A stretch of DNA of 63,839 bases, the filler included, from Octopus bimaculoides (taxonomy: Eukaryota), in NCBI RefSeq assembly GCF_001194135.2. It is 4 parts of 4 records of this genome, joined end to end, with 100 filler letters (N's around TTAATTAATTAA, not from the genome) between each part and the next. Parts side by side here need not be neighbours in the genome. Positions count along the whole stretch, not along the records: positions 27,097 to 56,966 come from NC_068991.1; 3 more parts are not named here. One strand, given 5' to 3'. A program made the translations under genes and the position numbers. This document shows, piece after piece, positions 38,876 to 52,358 of this stretch (position 1 is the stretch's first letter; each line of letters opens with the position of its first letter). The notes under the pieces are model-generated. The model saw nothing but the letters and a program-made list of their open reading frames with translations, was not told where the DNA came from and searched no databases.

Positions 38876-39550
38876 GCCAAAAATTTGGAAACGACATGCT
38901 GTACTGCTTGGCATTCGCGCCGGAAGCTCCAGTACGAACATTTCGGAGTGTTCGGATGTCAATCTGAGGACAGTGAAGAGGATTCAGAAAGAGTTGGATG
39001 AGTCTAATGGTTATTACGACGGTACGGCAGCTCGGAGAACTCACTCTGATCGTTCTGATGAGAAAAGAACTCCTGAATTTGTTGGTGAGATCCAGGCCAT
39101 GATTGACAAGGATCCCTTCAAGTCAATCGCCAGGGACATGGGAGTGTCTGAGTTTCTTATCAGGCAGGTAATGCATGAAGACATTCTGGATTCCTCATGC
39201 CACATACCACACAAGCAGGAGAACCCAGCCATGGCTGTCAGACAATTTCTGCGACCACATCACTCCTAACATCTGGCCACCTAACTCCCCAGACTGTGCA
39301 ACCCCCTTGATTATTATGTGTGGGGCGAAGTTAAGCGACAGACCAACAAAACTCCTTATTGCACCAAAGATGAACTGAAGGCAAGGGTTATGACAGCATT
39401 GACCAATTTAAACAAGGAGACCGTCCAGAAGAGTTGCAGGATATTCCAAAGTCGTCTGGAGGCAGTGGCTGAAGCCAATGGCGATTTTATTGAATAAATT
39501 TAATCCTTAGCATTTCAAGATATTTTTATGTAAGTTTGGTAAATATATCT
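38876..39550 (+). mobile_element. Internally deleted maT-type element (same subfamily as 7608-8335)
   Basis: HTH part (..IARDMGVSEFLIRQVMHEDI) jumps directly into the ..WLSDNFCDHITPNIWPPNSPD..DYYVWG region. Confidence 0.8.
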
Positions 39551-39740
39551 NNNNNNNNNNNNNNNNNNNNNNNNNNNNNNNNNNNNNNNNNNNNNNNNNN
39601 NNNNNNNNNNNNNNNNNNNNNNNNNNNNNNNNNNNNNNNNNNNNNNNNNNNNNNNNNNNNNNNNNNNNNNNNNNNNNNNNNNNNNNNNNNNNNNNNNNNN
39701 NNNNNNNNNNNNNNNNNNNNNNNNNNNNNNNNNNNNNNNN

Positions 39741-39773
<33 letters not shown>

Positions 39774-39778
<5 letters not shown>

Positions 39779-40527
39779 GCGACTCTAGGTCATCAGCGTC
39801 ACACGGGCTCATCACAGATTTCGCATAAGACATATACCTGCTCGAATAATTTCACGTTTTTCCGCTTTATTTCTAGCCCCAAATGGCTTATTTTTTTTAT
39901 ATCTAGCACTATGCCTTTCTCCATTTCTAAGTTATGGGTAGAAATAAAGCAGCCCTGCAAAACAAACAGACACACATAATAACATCAATCAACGACAGGG
40001 GAGTGCACATCAAATATCAGTGATCTGACTATTGCCTGTACCCTGGACAGGAGATGCCATTTAGTCTTTTACACCTACCAGGATCGTTCGTATTAGCACG
40101 AGTTGTTGGATGATTTTTCTTTCCTTTAAGAATATTATAGAACGGAAACTTATCATAGATTGGAATTTAAACCCTTATCTCTATAGAAATTGTTTCAAGA
40201 AAACATTGAATTTTAATTACATTTAATTTTTACGATTATAGATAACAACTCTGGTTGTAACTTCTGAGCCCGAGTCAGGCGCGTGTGAACGATTCAAGAG
40301 AACGTCTGCTACGAACGATATTTTTTTACACAGAGCACCTCTAAGATGACTGCCAGACGCTGAACAAACATAAATGCACTGCGACCAGGCTCAATCAAAG
40401 GAATCCGTGTTATTGGCGGAAACTACATACTTGAAATCGGTGTTGGCAGAAATTAAATCCGCTTACAAATACAGGTTTACTTTACTAAATTTATACCCTA
40501 ACAGCCCAAGTGCCGGAGTCGCCACTG
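39774..40527. mobile_element. Non-autonomous hAT-like element, 754 bp
   Basis: TIR CAGAGGCGACTC versus CAGTGGCGACTC (11/12). The 8-bp flanks ATATATAT and ATGTATAT match 7/8. Confidence 0.55.
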
Positions 40528-40536
40528 ATGTATATA

Positions 40537-41205
40537 TAGGGTGTCCCGAAATTAAGGCAACCGAAGTTACGGGTTTTTATAACTATCAACATCGATGTAT
40601 CGAATACGAAAGGAGGATCTCAGGACCCACCATTACAAAGGTATCCGTCGTCATGAGCTCACACAAGTTTATAAGGCCATGAGACTGGAGAGATGACTTA
40701 TCTTGTGTCAGATTGCTGAAGGCACGCTGCCCAAACTGGTATTCACTGATGAAATTAACAGACAATAAAGCACCAGAATAACCAACTTCGGAGTGTATCT
40801 GGCTCCGTCGAGGATAGACTCGTAAATAGACGTCAAAATTCAGTCAGTTATGATTTCGGCGGCTGTGACAGCCGCTGGGAGGTCTCCCCACGTTTTTGTG
40901 CCCTTGGGTGTTAAAATTAAAACGCAGCGATACATTAGCGACATTCTGGAAGCTGAACTGCCTCTATGGGCGAATGAGTACTTTCAATGCGTACCTTGGA
41001 GCCTCCAACAGGACTCAGCACCATTCCACATCTCCAAACAAACACAACACTGGATTCAGAAAAGCATTCTATCATACATAAACAAGGACGTATGGCCCCC
41101 GAGAAGCCCTGATCTCAATCCGTTGGATTTTTCTGTTTGGTCCATTTTGAATTCGAGAGTCTCGAGCACTTCTCGTGCTTCGATCGACGCTCTTATGTTG
41201 TTTGT
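40537..41205 (+). mobile_element. Third maT (DD37D) family fragment
   Basis: TA|TAGGGTGTCCCG end; LVFTDE; QQDSAPFH..WPPRSPDLNPLDFSVW with D37D spacing. Confidence 0.85.
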
Positions 41206-42633
41206 ATCCATGCTCTTTATATAGATTTTTTTATGTATCACTATTTCTTATATTTATCACAGATATGTAACAAATATATTTATTTTTTATAATCATTTTT
41301 TATACTTATCTATCACTGTTTCTTATATGTATCACAGGTATGTGCATATATGTCTACTGTGTGTGTATTATCCTGTGTTTTATCTGTGTTTTATTTATTA
41401 TGTTTTTTTTTTTGGGGGGGGGGGTCCTTCTATGATCTGTCTAAGTGTCGTATCAGTTCTATGCGTCGATAATACATTAACCTCAATGCTATTAATCGAG
41501 CCTCCATGTTCAGCCTGAGCATGTTGGTAGAGCACTGACGAGCCTTTCTCTTCTTTGACAGCGATGGCAATAACAACAACTACCACAATGACAACAGCCT
41601 GGGTGAACACACAAACACTGGGAGATACAGAAACTGTACCAAATTTTTGGGTCCTAAGACAGCAGCAGCACATCGGGGTGAGAGGATGGGACTGAAGTGA
41701 AGGCCATACTGCTGCTTAAGAACAATGACACACACACACAAGCATACACACATGCACGCACACAACATATACATACACACATACACACACACACGGACGC
41801 AAATGCATGTGCACATAAGGATACATAGAAGAGCAGAATGGAGTAAGTGAAGCGAGAGCATACACGAAAACGGAAAGTGTCGCTGAAGAGGTCACAAGAT
41901 GTGTTAAGAAAGATTTCCGGACAATGGATATGAGTTAAAATAAGAACGGTAATAAGCGAATGAAGAACAAATATATAGTGCGTGTGTTTATTTGGCAAAA
42001 AAATAACCATCCCGAAATACAACAATATATATATATATACACACACAGGGACATACATATATTCTTTTCTACTCTAGGCGTAAGGCCCGAAATTTTAGAT
42101 TAGATCGACCCAGTACGCAACTGGTACTTAATTTATCGACACCAAAAGCATGAAATGCAAAGTCGATTTCGGCGGAATTTGAACTCAGAACGTAAAGACA
42201 GACGAAATACCGCTAAGCATTTCGCCCGGCGCGCTAACGTTTCCGCCAACTCGCCACCTTACCTACATATATATATAGTGGAAGAAATAAATATCCGTAC
42301 ATGTCAAAATTCTTTATTTAATTTCTAATGAACATNNNNNNNNNNNNNNNNNNNNNNNNNNNNNNNNNNNNNNNNNNNNNNNNNNNNNNNNNNNNNNNNN
42401 NNNNNNNNNNNNNNNNNNNNNNNNNNNNNNNNNNNNNNNNNNNNNNNNNNNNNNNNNNNNNNNNNNNNNNNNNNNNNNNNNNNNNNNNNNNNNNNNNNNN
42501 NNNNNNNNNNNNNNNNNNNNNNNNNNNNNNNNNNNNNNNNNNNNNNNNNNNNNNNNNNNNNNNNNNNNNNNNNNNNNNNNNNNNNNNNNNNNNNNNNNNN
42601 NNNNNNNNNNNNNNNNNNNNNNNNNNNNNNAAA

Positions 42634-43450
42634 TAACTGATAATTCTGATTTAATACTTCGTAGCATAACCATTATTCAGCTCCACTTCAACCAATCTCT
42701 TTTTGTAGTTCTTAATCAATGACTCGCATGTTTCTTTAGGAATTTTTTCTCATTCTTCTTGACAAATTTTCTTCAAATCTGGAACGCACATTGGGGCTCT
42801 TGAATGAATTTTAATTTTCAAATAACGCCACAAATTCTCAATGGGGTTCAAGTCAGGTGACTGGCTTGGCCATTCTAATAATTTTATATTGTGATTGACA
42901 ATCCATTTTTGTAGACTTCACCGTGTGCTTAGGGTCGTTATCCTGTTGTAAAACCCACCCTTCACAAAGCTGGAGCTTTTCTACAGAATCCCATAAATTA
43001 TTGTTCAAAATATTTTGGTGCATTTCTGCATTCATTCTACCATCTACCACATGTAAATTGCCAGTGCCATTTGCAGAGAAACACCCCTACACAATGATGT
43101 TGCCATCTCCAAACTTTACAGTAGGAATTGTGTTTTTCGGCGAATAGGTGGTACCATCTTTCCTCCAAACATGGCTACGCGAATTTCGTCCAAACAATTC
43201 AATTTTCGACTCGCTTGAATGCATCAGATTTATCTTTGTGTTCATAAACAAATTTTAAACGGGCATCTCTATGCCGTTTAGTCAACAGTGAAGTTTTTCT
43301 AGGAGAGCAGGACTTCAGTTCATTCCTATGAAGTTCATTGCTGATTGTTCATAGTGTAACAATAGTCCCTGAAGCTAATAAATCTTCTTGCAACTCCTTT
43401 CTGGTGATCAATGCGGTTTTTTTCAATTCTTCGCTTCATTTTTCTTAAAG
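42634..43450 (-). mobile_element. Tc1 (DD34E) transposase remnant
   Basis: SKIELFG..PTVKFGDGNIIV*GCFS..QQDNDPKHT..(frameshift)..EWPSQSPDLNPIENLW..GYATKY*. Confidence 0.88.
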
Positions 43451-44405
43451 NNNNNNNNNNNNNNNNNNNNNNNNNNNNNNNNNNNNNNNNNNNNNNNNNN
43501 NNNNNNNNNNNNNNNNNNNNNNNNNNNNNNNNNNNNNNNNNNNNNNNNNNNNNNNNNNNNNNNNNNNNNNNNNNNNNNNNNNNNNNNNNNNNNNNNNNNN
43601 NNNNNNNNNNNNNNNNNNNNNNNNNNNNNNNNNNNNNNNNNNNNNNNNNNNNNNNNNNNNNNNNNNNNNNNNNNNNNNNNNNNNNNNNNNNNNNNNNNNN
43701 NNNNNNNNNNNNNNNNNNNNNNNNNNNNNNNNNNNNNNNNNNNNNNNNNNNNNNNNNNNNNNNNNNNNNNNNNNNNNNNNNNNNNNNNNNNNNNNNNNNN
43801 NNNNNNNNNNNNNNNNNNNNNNNNNNNNNNNNNNNNNNNNNNNNNNNNNNNNNNNNNNNNNNNNNNNNNNNNNNNNNNNNNNNNNNNNNNNNNNNNNNNN
43901 NNNNNNNNNNNNNNNNNNNNNNNNNNNNNNNNNNNNNNNNNNNNNNNNNNNNNNNNNNNNNNNNNNNNNNNNNNNNNNNNNNNNNNNNNNNNNNNNNNNN
44001 NNNNNNNNNNNNNNNNNNNNNNNNNNNNNNNNNNNNNNNNNNNNNNNNNNNNNNNNNNNNNNNNNNNNNNNNNNNNNNNNNNNNNNNNNNNNNNNNNNNN
44101 NNNNNNNNNNNNNNNNNNNNNNNNNNNNNNNNNNNNNNNNNNNNNNNNNNNNNNNNNNNNNNNNNNNNNNNNNNNNNNNNNNNNNNNNNNNNNNNNNNNN
44201 NNNNNNNNNNNNNNNNNNNNNNNNNNNNNNNNNNNNNNNNNNNNNNNNNNNNNNNNNNNNNNNNNNNNNNNNNNNNNNNNNNNNNNNNNNNNNNNNNNNN
44301 NNNNNNNNNNNNNNNNNNNNNNNNNNNNNNNNNNNNNNNNNNNNNNNNNNNNNNNNNNNNNNNNNNNNNNNNNNNNNNNNNNNNNNNNNNNNNNNNNNNN
44401 NNNNN

Positions 44406-44473
<68 letters not shown>

Positions 44474-44724
44474 CAACTTAGAAAAGAAGCAAGTTGTATT
44501 AATGTAATCCTAGACAGACCATGTCTGAAAATAATTTGAAGTGGTTACAGCTAGAATATACTTCGAGTATGTACCTACAATTTGTAACAGCAATAACAAC
44601 AATAATAATACGTGTTCACAGGCGTAATTAAAGGTACAATCATGCATTTAATCTGCAGTGTTTAATTTACGTAAATTATAAGGTATTTTTTTAAATACCC
44701 TATTGACACTTATAAATATTTTCT

Positions 44725-45600
44725 AACGGATTAGGCTGGGGGAATGGGCTGAGCCCAGCTTTCACTGATCCTCCAAGACAGATCGATGATGTTGATATTG
44801 TTGATATCAGAGAGAATAAATTCTGAGGAGAAATTATTGAGAGAAATTATTGCGGGGCTTAAGGGTGAAGCCAGAGTGTAGGTAACGAGCGGATGAATGA
44901 TGATGAGTGAGCATGGGTCAGAATGGAAGTGGAACGAGCCCGACCAGTTCCAAGGTGCAGGAACCACTGTAGTAGCAGTGAAATGAGGCCAGCATGTCTG
45001 TGGGCCAGTTTATATAAATCTGTTGAATGAATTCTATTTAAAAGAGCTCTGTTAAAAAAAAATTATAATTTATCCGAGGGGAATTTCTTGGAACTTATTA
45101 AAAGTAATAAGATTTCTGTTGAATATCAGACTTCAGTTGGTTCCTGACCTCTTGACTTCCAAATGGTTAAAGTGTTGCAAATATAAATATTTTTTCAACC
45201 AATTCCATCCACCTGAAGGATATCTTCACTGGAGACAATTTGATTGCCATGCTCAAACTAGGAATGTAATTCTGAGTCCAGTCGGCCCATTTATATAAGT
45301 TTGGGGGTGCCTCGACGGTCAACAGGGTCATGACAGCGCATAAGATCAAAAATAAATATTTATTTATTGCAGACAAGATATCATTGTCGGACTGCACAAG
45401 TCATTGGTTACACTTCATCTTGGCTAATACAGTCCAGAAGACCATATCTGCCAGGAAAAATTTGGTTAGTTTTAAATGGTAGAGAAGAGATGGTTCCAAA
45501 ATGATAAATCACTTTGGAATCAAATTAAAGCAGTGAGGTCAGATTGATCTGTAATGACCTAATGGCATTGGAAATGATTGCGTAGTTGGCTCTTTGAAGA
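44725..45600 (-). mobile_element. Heavily decayed non-LTR RT fragments, possibly I/Nimb-like
   Basis: FPGRYGLLDCI..IFDLMRCHDPVDRRG..GRL resembles RT motifs GFRxGR/DLxKAYDxV. HYSG..HLGTGRARSTSI resembles the post-RT RLATGAFRxxP. Confidence 0.4.
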
Positions 45601-48600
45601 ATGGACCGCAGCAGGCAGAATATTGGAAATACTTCATGTTATATGACCTGTGGAACAGAGGTTCTTTGCTTTACGACTGCTGCTGTAGCGGTTGTTGCTG
45701 CTGTAGTTGTTGTTATTGCTGTTGTTGTGGTTGTTGAAGTTGCTGTTGCTATTGTGATACTTGAGTTGTTAATCTTTCTTTTGTTGTGGACGTTGTTATT
45801 AGTGTGATTGTTTAACCCCAGGTTAATACTGAGTGAGCTGTGATAAACAATCGTCTTGTCGTGACCATCCCGTCCTGATAGGGGGCATCTCAGTCTAAAT
45901 TATCTACTATGTCTCTTCTTTATTTGTGGTGGTGGAATGTGATTTGAGAAGATTTGGCTGCTATTTCTAACAGCTATAGCAACCACGAAGGGGCTTTCCT
46001 GTTACCTTGGGTGCTTAGGATACCTATTTTAGGCTAGATTGGTGGAGTCCATGCCAGTATAAGCTTAGCGTTGTCCAAGCTTCTCTAAGTTTGGCGGAGT
46101 CGAAGCTTTATTATCCACAGAAACTTTGAAACGTATAAATGTCAGTTTTACAATGCTTACTAATGGCTTCCAATCAGTCATTTCTAGTCTGTCGTACCAA
46201 TCAACAGCTAGGTAGACTGAATTGCTGATACTAACGTCTGAGCTCTCAAGTTGTAAATTGTTGTTTAGCTCAACCTTGACTGAGTAATTCTTTGATCTAC
46301 AGCGTTCCAGTAATGACTATTCCATACTGCTACTGCTGCTGTAGCAGCTGTTTTGTTGTTTTTGTTATTGTTACTGCCCTGGATTTGCTTTAGTAACTAA
46401 AACCAAAGACCAAAGATGCTACAGTAATTGCCATCTTGTCTATTCTAAGACATAGTGCATCTGGAACCCCATTATTTAATTTGCTCTTATCTTTCTTACG
46501 ACGGTACATGACAAAATGTTTGCTCACCTGCTGCAGCCACCTCCCTACTTCAAGCCGTGTTGGATCGCAGACCAGACAAGATTCTGAAAAGTTGGTATGA
46601 GGGGCTTGGGGCTTCACAAATTGAAGAATCTTGTGAGACGTATAAAAGGTTTAAAGGGAGGAGAGGTATTGCGGTATACAATGTGAAGCGATGTGGTAAG
46701 AGACTAGGTTTCTTCCAGGTTACAGATCACAACACTGGAAAACTTCAGTCTACAGAAAAGGAGGAAAGGAAGAGAATGGTTCCTGTCTTGTGGCCACCAG
46801 CAAACAGCAACAAATGGAGGATTCTGGGAAGTCAGTTAGGTGGGTTTTGAAGTTGAGTCTGTAGGGTGGAGCGAAATTTGAAGTACTAGAAATTATGTTG
46901 TGATTGGTGTATGAAGGGATTTAGGGTCAAGCACATTGGTGGCAAAAACAGGGAATTGAGCAGTTTAAGAGAGAGGTTGCTGAAGAGTAGTGTCTTCTTA
47001 CAAACACGAGCTCTACGGCGACAGTGGAGAAAGGTTCAGAAAGAAGTGAAGCAGGTTTGTCGGAGCTGAATGAGAACGTGAAGGGCAGCTTCAGAGATGA
47101 CAGAAGGGTGAAATACTTCTGGGAGAGAAAGCAGTGGAAGGAACAGAAAAGGGACTTCTGCAAAGACATAGATATATTTGAAAAAAACAATTTTGAGAAT
47201 TGGTATCATTAGCTGTGAAAAGAGGAGCTGAAAGTGCCATTGGAATCCACATTTCGGATGAAAATCGGAGAGAAATGTTAGTGGTGACGACCAGCAGAAG
47301 TTTAACACGGATTGAGTCGTGGCTGTGAGTGATTGATATTATAGTTCGGAAGATGGGGATTAAGAGCCCAACGGGCCACGGTGGGCTCTCTTACAAATTT
47401 GTCATTGTTATCGGGTAAGGAAAATTTTATGAGAAAGTTTCAAAGAGTTGAGGTGAGAAAGAGTTGTACCAGTGAGTTGGTATATTGCAGAGGAGTGTAC
47501 ATTCCAAAAGAGGATGCTGAAGACTAGGATATCAGGATTTCTAGGATATACAAGTATACACAGATGGTTTAGGAATCCATTGAGTGTTGGTTTAGCTAAT
47601 GCCAATGGCTTGGTCTCATTAATACCTGCAATTTACACTTGATTTCTTCTGGTCTCCTCACGCGCTCGGGATATACAGCGGAACTACTACGAGCAATTGA
47701 GAATGACATTCAAAACAGACTCATAAACCCCGGAATGGGAGTCCTTATAAGTTCCGCATGAAGTCAACAGGTTACTGGAACACGTGCTGTCTTTCAGTTG
47801 GGATCTTCCCTCAACCTATACTTTGGAATACCATCACGTACTCTGACAGCTGGAAGAGATAATTCGGTAGTGGTACAAATAAGGACGGTTATGGGACCAC
47901 AACACGACAAAGATATTAATTTTGTGAAGGAGAGACAGGAAAGAGAGTGGAAGAGCGCAGTCTGTTGTTGTTTTTTCTTGTGATATTTTGGCAGTATCAG
48001 ATGAAAGAGGGGAACAGACGAAGCCAACAGAAAGGTTAAACACAAACTTCTACGTGATCTATGCCGTGTGTTTGCTGTGCAGTGGGAGATGAGGGTGAAG
48101 GAAGTAGAAGGAAGGTGGAGAAAGTATAGAGTTAATAAAAGAGTGCAAGGGGTAGAGCGCAGAGGTATGAATAGTGGAGGTCAGCTACAGAGGCCTTATA
48201 TAATTCGCTGATAGGAGCTAGACTTGGACTTTATGTGAGGTTGAAAGAGAGGGGGATGGATGGGAGAGGCAGATTTATAGGGCAGCAAGCAAGACTGGAG
48301 TAGGTACTGAGTTGAGCACACACACACACACCCCACACGGAGTGCTCTCAATCAAATATTGTAGTGAAATGGCTGAAACATGCAGTGTATTACTGATTAG
48401 TATCTGGTTTGGGTGATCAGAGGGACCTTGTTAATATTTTGTATAGTGACCAGACATCTTTAGTGCTGTCAAAACGGAACCCCAAAAACTAGATTTTGCC
48501 TTTACAGCAAAAACTCACTATATCTCTGAGGTGGTTATGTCTGGATGCCTATCCTCATAACTACTCGATCAGGGTTGATTTGAGGCTAAGCAACAACTTC

Positions 48601-48967
48601 AGATGCTGCAGTTCCTTCAAACATCCACCCCACCTAGACCCATCATCTACATCTTATTTATCATTCTCTGAGCACCCACAAAAGATGCGGATATCTTAAA
48701 AACAGAATTTTAACGTCGGCAATAAATATAAGTTCGATCTGACTAGATCTTCTTTCTATATGTTTATCAAAGCGGTTATCTTACATTACATCTCAATTTA
48801 TCCTAAAACTATGTTATTCATTATAAATGGATTAATTCGTATATGCATTGCTATGCCAATTAAACAAACCACTATAAATAGCTCGTTTAGCTGGTGGTGT
48901 TCTCAGGTTGAAGCCATCTAATGGTGACTCTATTACAGAAGGCTGTAATCATTTGGTAAAGGAATAT

Positions 48968-49652
48968 GGTACGATGAATTCATGGAACGAGACTGTAACT
49001 TTAAATACCTTTACTCTCGGTCTCAACTATATACAAGTTGAATGATAATGTGAGGAGATTGATGAATAGAGGCCATGTTCATCTTCTGTGTACTACCTCA
49101 TGTCTACTAGCTGTCTACGTGTATACGAGAGCCACGTGATGATGCACCTTGGAACGCTGACATGGTAGACAGGCACGTGACCAATCAGTAATACACCGAC
49201 GCATATTCGGACAGCAAAAGCAGGCCGAGATAAGCCTTACTGTGGCCGCAATGCCGGAGTGTGGCAGCGAAGCGAATGCAGTGCTTCAAAAACAGCACGA
49301 CGGTGATGTTCAGGAACGAGGGGTGGGGTCACCCGGTAGAAACATCGCAGAGAATGGTTCCTTCAGAAAAAGGCAGAGGCAAGTGTTCAAACTTGCAGCA
49401 AGAAAATTGTGGTGAAGAGACGTCCAGAGAGTCCGAGGAGGGTTAGTCAGTAGCCATAGCAACCAAATCAGTCGAAGCAGGAGACGACAATACACCGACA
49501 GGCAGGTACAATGAATTCATAGAACGAGGCTGTAACTTTAAATACCTTTACTCTCGGTCTCAACTATATACAAGTTGAATGATAATGGGAGGAGTTTGAT
49601 GAATAGAGGCCATGCCCATGTCTGCTAGCTGTCTGCGTGTATACGAGAGCCA
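48968..49652. repeat. Direct repeat pair (48968-49134 and 49505-49652) around a 370-bp GC-richer core
   Basis: About 150 bp near-identical; the second copy has an ~18-nt deletion. Confidence 0.9.
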
Positions 49653-50250
49653 ACTAGGTCATTTCTTCACGGTCTGGCGTCTTGACGAGAAAATAGGAAG
49701 TGCCAAGGCTTAGTGTCGGCACCTAACTGCTCTTGCGCCATCTAGTTGCAAGCTTGTTTATGCAGCCGCTGTCAAGGGAGGTAATCAGAGATGGTTATAT
49801 TTTATCTGATGAAAGTCAAAGAATACTAGAAATTAGTCAAATTGATCCAACATTTCCAACCCACGGAAGGATAAGATGTGTGGTAGAACAACTGCTTAAT
49901 ATTCACAACCGGACTAAACCATTATGCTTATTTCAGACAAAAACAGAGAACTTTATTTTACGTTTCAAATTATCCCAAAGAAAAGCTGTTGTGTTTTTGG
50001 TTTCAAACTTTGGCACAAGGTCAGCAATTTCAGAGGAGCACGTAAGTCGATTATATTGACCCCAGTGGTGAACTGGTATTTTTTATCGACCGCGCAGGAA
50101 TGAAAGGCAAGGTTAACCTCAGCGGATTTCAAACTCAGAACGTAAAAACAGACGAAATGACGCAGAAGTATTTTGTCCGGCATTTTAACGATCCTGCCAG
50201 CTCACTGCCTTGAGATGTATTATTAAAAAATATTTACATATATTGTTAAA

Positions 50251-50287
<37 letters not shown>

Positions 50288-51089
50288 NNNNNNNNNNNNN
50301 NNNNNNNNNNNNNNNNNNNNNNNNNNNNNNNNNNNNNNNNNNNNNNNNNNNNNNNNNNNNNNNNNNNNNNNNNNNNNNNNNNNNNNNNNNNNNNNNNNNN
50401 NNNNNNNNNNNNNNNNNNNNNNNNNNNNNNNNNNNNNNNNNNNNNNNNNNNNNNNNNNNNNNNNNNNNNNNNNNNNNNNNNNNNNNNNNNNNNNNNNNNN
50501 NNNNNNNNNNNNNNNNNNNNNNNNNNNNNNNNNNNNNNNNNNNNNNNNNNNNNNNNNNNNNNNNNNNNNNNNNNNNNNNNNNNNNNNNNNNNNNNNNNNN
50601 NNNNNNNNNNNNNNNNNNNNNNNNNNNNNNNNNNNNNNNNNNNNNNNNNNNNNNNNNNNNNNNNNNNNNNNNNNNNNNNNNNNNNNNNNNNNNNNNNNNN
50701 NNNNNNNNNNNNNNNNNNNNNNNNNNNNNNNNNNNNNNNNNNNNNNNNNNNNNNNNNNNNNNNNNNNNNNNNNNNNNNNNNNNNNNNNNNNNNNNNNNNN
50801 NNNNNNNNNNNNNNNNNNNNNNNNNNNNNNNNNNNNNNNNNNNNNNNNNNNNNNNNNNNNNNNNNNNNNNNNNNNNNNNNNNNNNNNNNNNNNNNNNNNN
50901 NNNNNNNNNNNNNNNNNNNNNNNNNNNNNNNNNNNNNNNNNNNNNNNNNNNNNNNNNNNNNNNNNNNNNNNNNNNNNNNNNNNNNNNNNNNNNNNNNNNN
51001 NNNNNNNNNNNNNNNNNNNNNNNNNNNNNNNNNNNNNNNTATATATATATATATATATATATATGCATATATACATACATATATGTACA

Positions 51090-51570
51090 TACTGCTGGGC
51101 ACGTGTGACCAACGAGTGGTCACACGTGACCAGTGGCTATCGTTCTTTCTTCCTCTTGCTTTACAACAGACAAGACCTACTTTTGCCAGTCTTCTGTCAT
51201 AGCTCCTTTCTCTAGCGTTCACCACTTTACTTTGTTATGGCTTAACAGCCCTTACCGTTTGCCTTACTGTTTTGTTCTTACTGTCCTGTTTTTGTTACCA
51301 CTTTAACCCTCTGCAAAATCCCAAATTTTGTTTAATTTGCTTTGCGGGAACGAGCGTTTTAACGAAGTCGCGTCTTGTCCCAACGTTCGAAACGAAGAGT
51401 AGATAAAACAGGGGACAACTGATGAAGGAATTGTTCTTTATGTTGCCAGTCTCGTTTCTCTATTTGTTTCTTTCGTTGTTCGAAAAGTAAGTTTGTTTTC
51501 CATGTTTTTGTTTTTTACGTTCTCGTTTTTCATTTTGTTCACGTTTTTTGATGTCCTGTACCCATATATG
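51090..51570 (+). mobile_element. Unclassified repeat, possibly Penelope pLTR-derived
   Basis: 12-bp hairpin at 51100-51128, T-rich body, and GTC-TTGTCCC..GGGACAA-CTGATGA. Confidence 0.35.
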
Positions 51571-51614
51571 CATGTATATATACATATATATGTAGGTNNN
51601 NNNNNNNAATATAT

Positions 51615-51652
<38 letters not shown>

Positions 51653-52321
51653 GCACACACATATGTACACATGCATCTATATACAATCATATTTTTATGT
51701 ACTTGTATATCCCATTACATGTATGTATGAATATATACATAGTTAAATATGTATTCATATGACTGTATATGCATATACAGACGTGTGTATGTGTATATAA
51801 TGTACACGTAATGTATGCTTGTTTATGCGTATACATATACGTACAAACACACACACACGCTCTTTCTCTCTCTCTCTCTCACACACACACAAACACACGC
51901 ACACACTCTTTTTTCTCTCTCTCACTCTTTCTCTCTGTCTCTCTCTCTCTCTCTCACTCTTTCTCTCTGTCTCTCTGTCTCTCTCTCCCTCATTCATACA
52001 CACACACACATGCACACACATACACACACATACGCACGCACGCACACGCGCGCGCACACTTACACACACACACACATGGCATCACCGTCAGAAAGAACAA
52101 TAGAGCTAGGTGAGGTCTATTAGGTAGACCCACACACATGTCAGTTAAGATGAATGTATGAGTGGAGCAGCGACAGAACGGCGGGAAGAAATTTCCATAG
52201 ACCGACATCTTGACGACAAAGAACGTGGTAGGGTGGTGTACTGGACGACGACAAGCGATTAAGAACCTTGCACTGTGACCAAGTAGAATAGATACTTACA
52301 TGGGGAGAGTTAGGACGCACA

Positions 52322-52358
<37 letters not shown>

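Noticed and set aside
49800-49845. CTGATGA..GAAA..GTC hammerhead candidate
   Set aside because: Stem II is only 3 bp and out of register, and stem I does not pair.
52292-52310. U1 snRNA-like ATACTTACATGG
   Set aside because: Similarity stops after about 12 nt; it is better read as the reverse complement of a splice donor.
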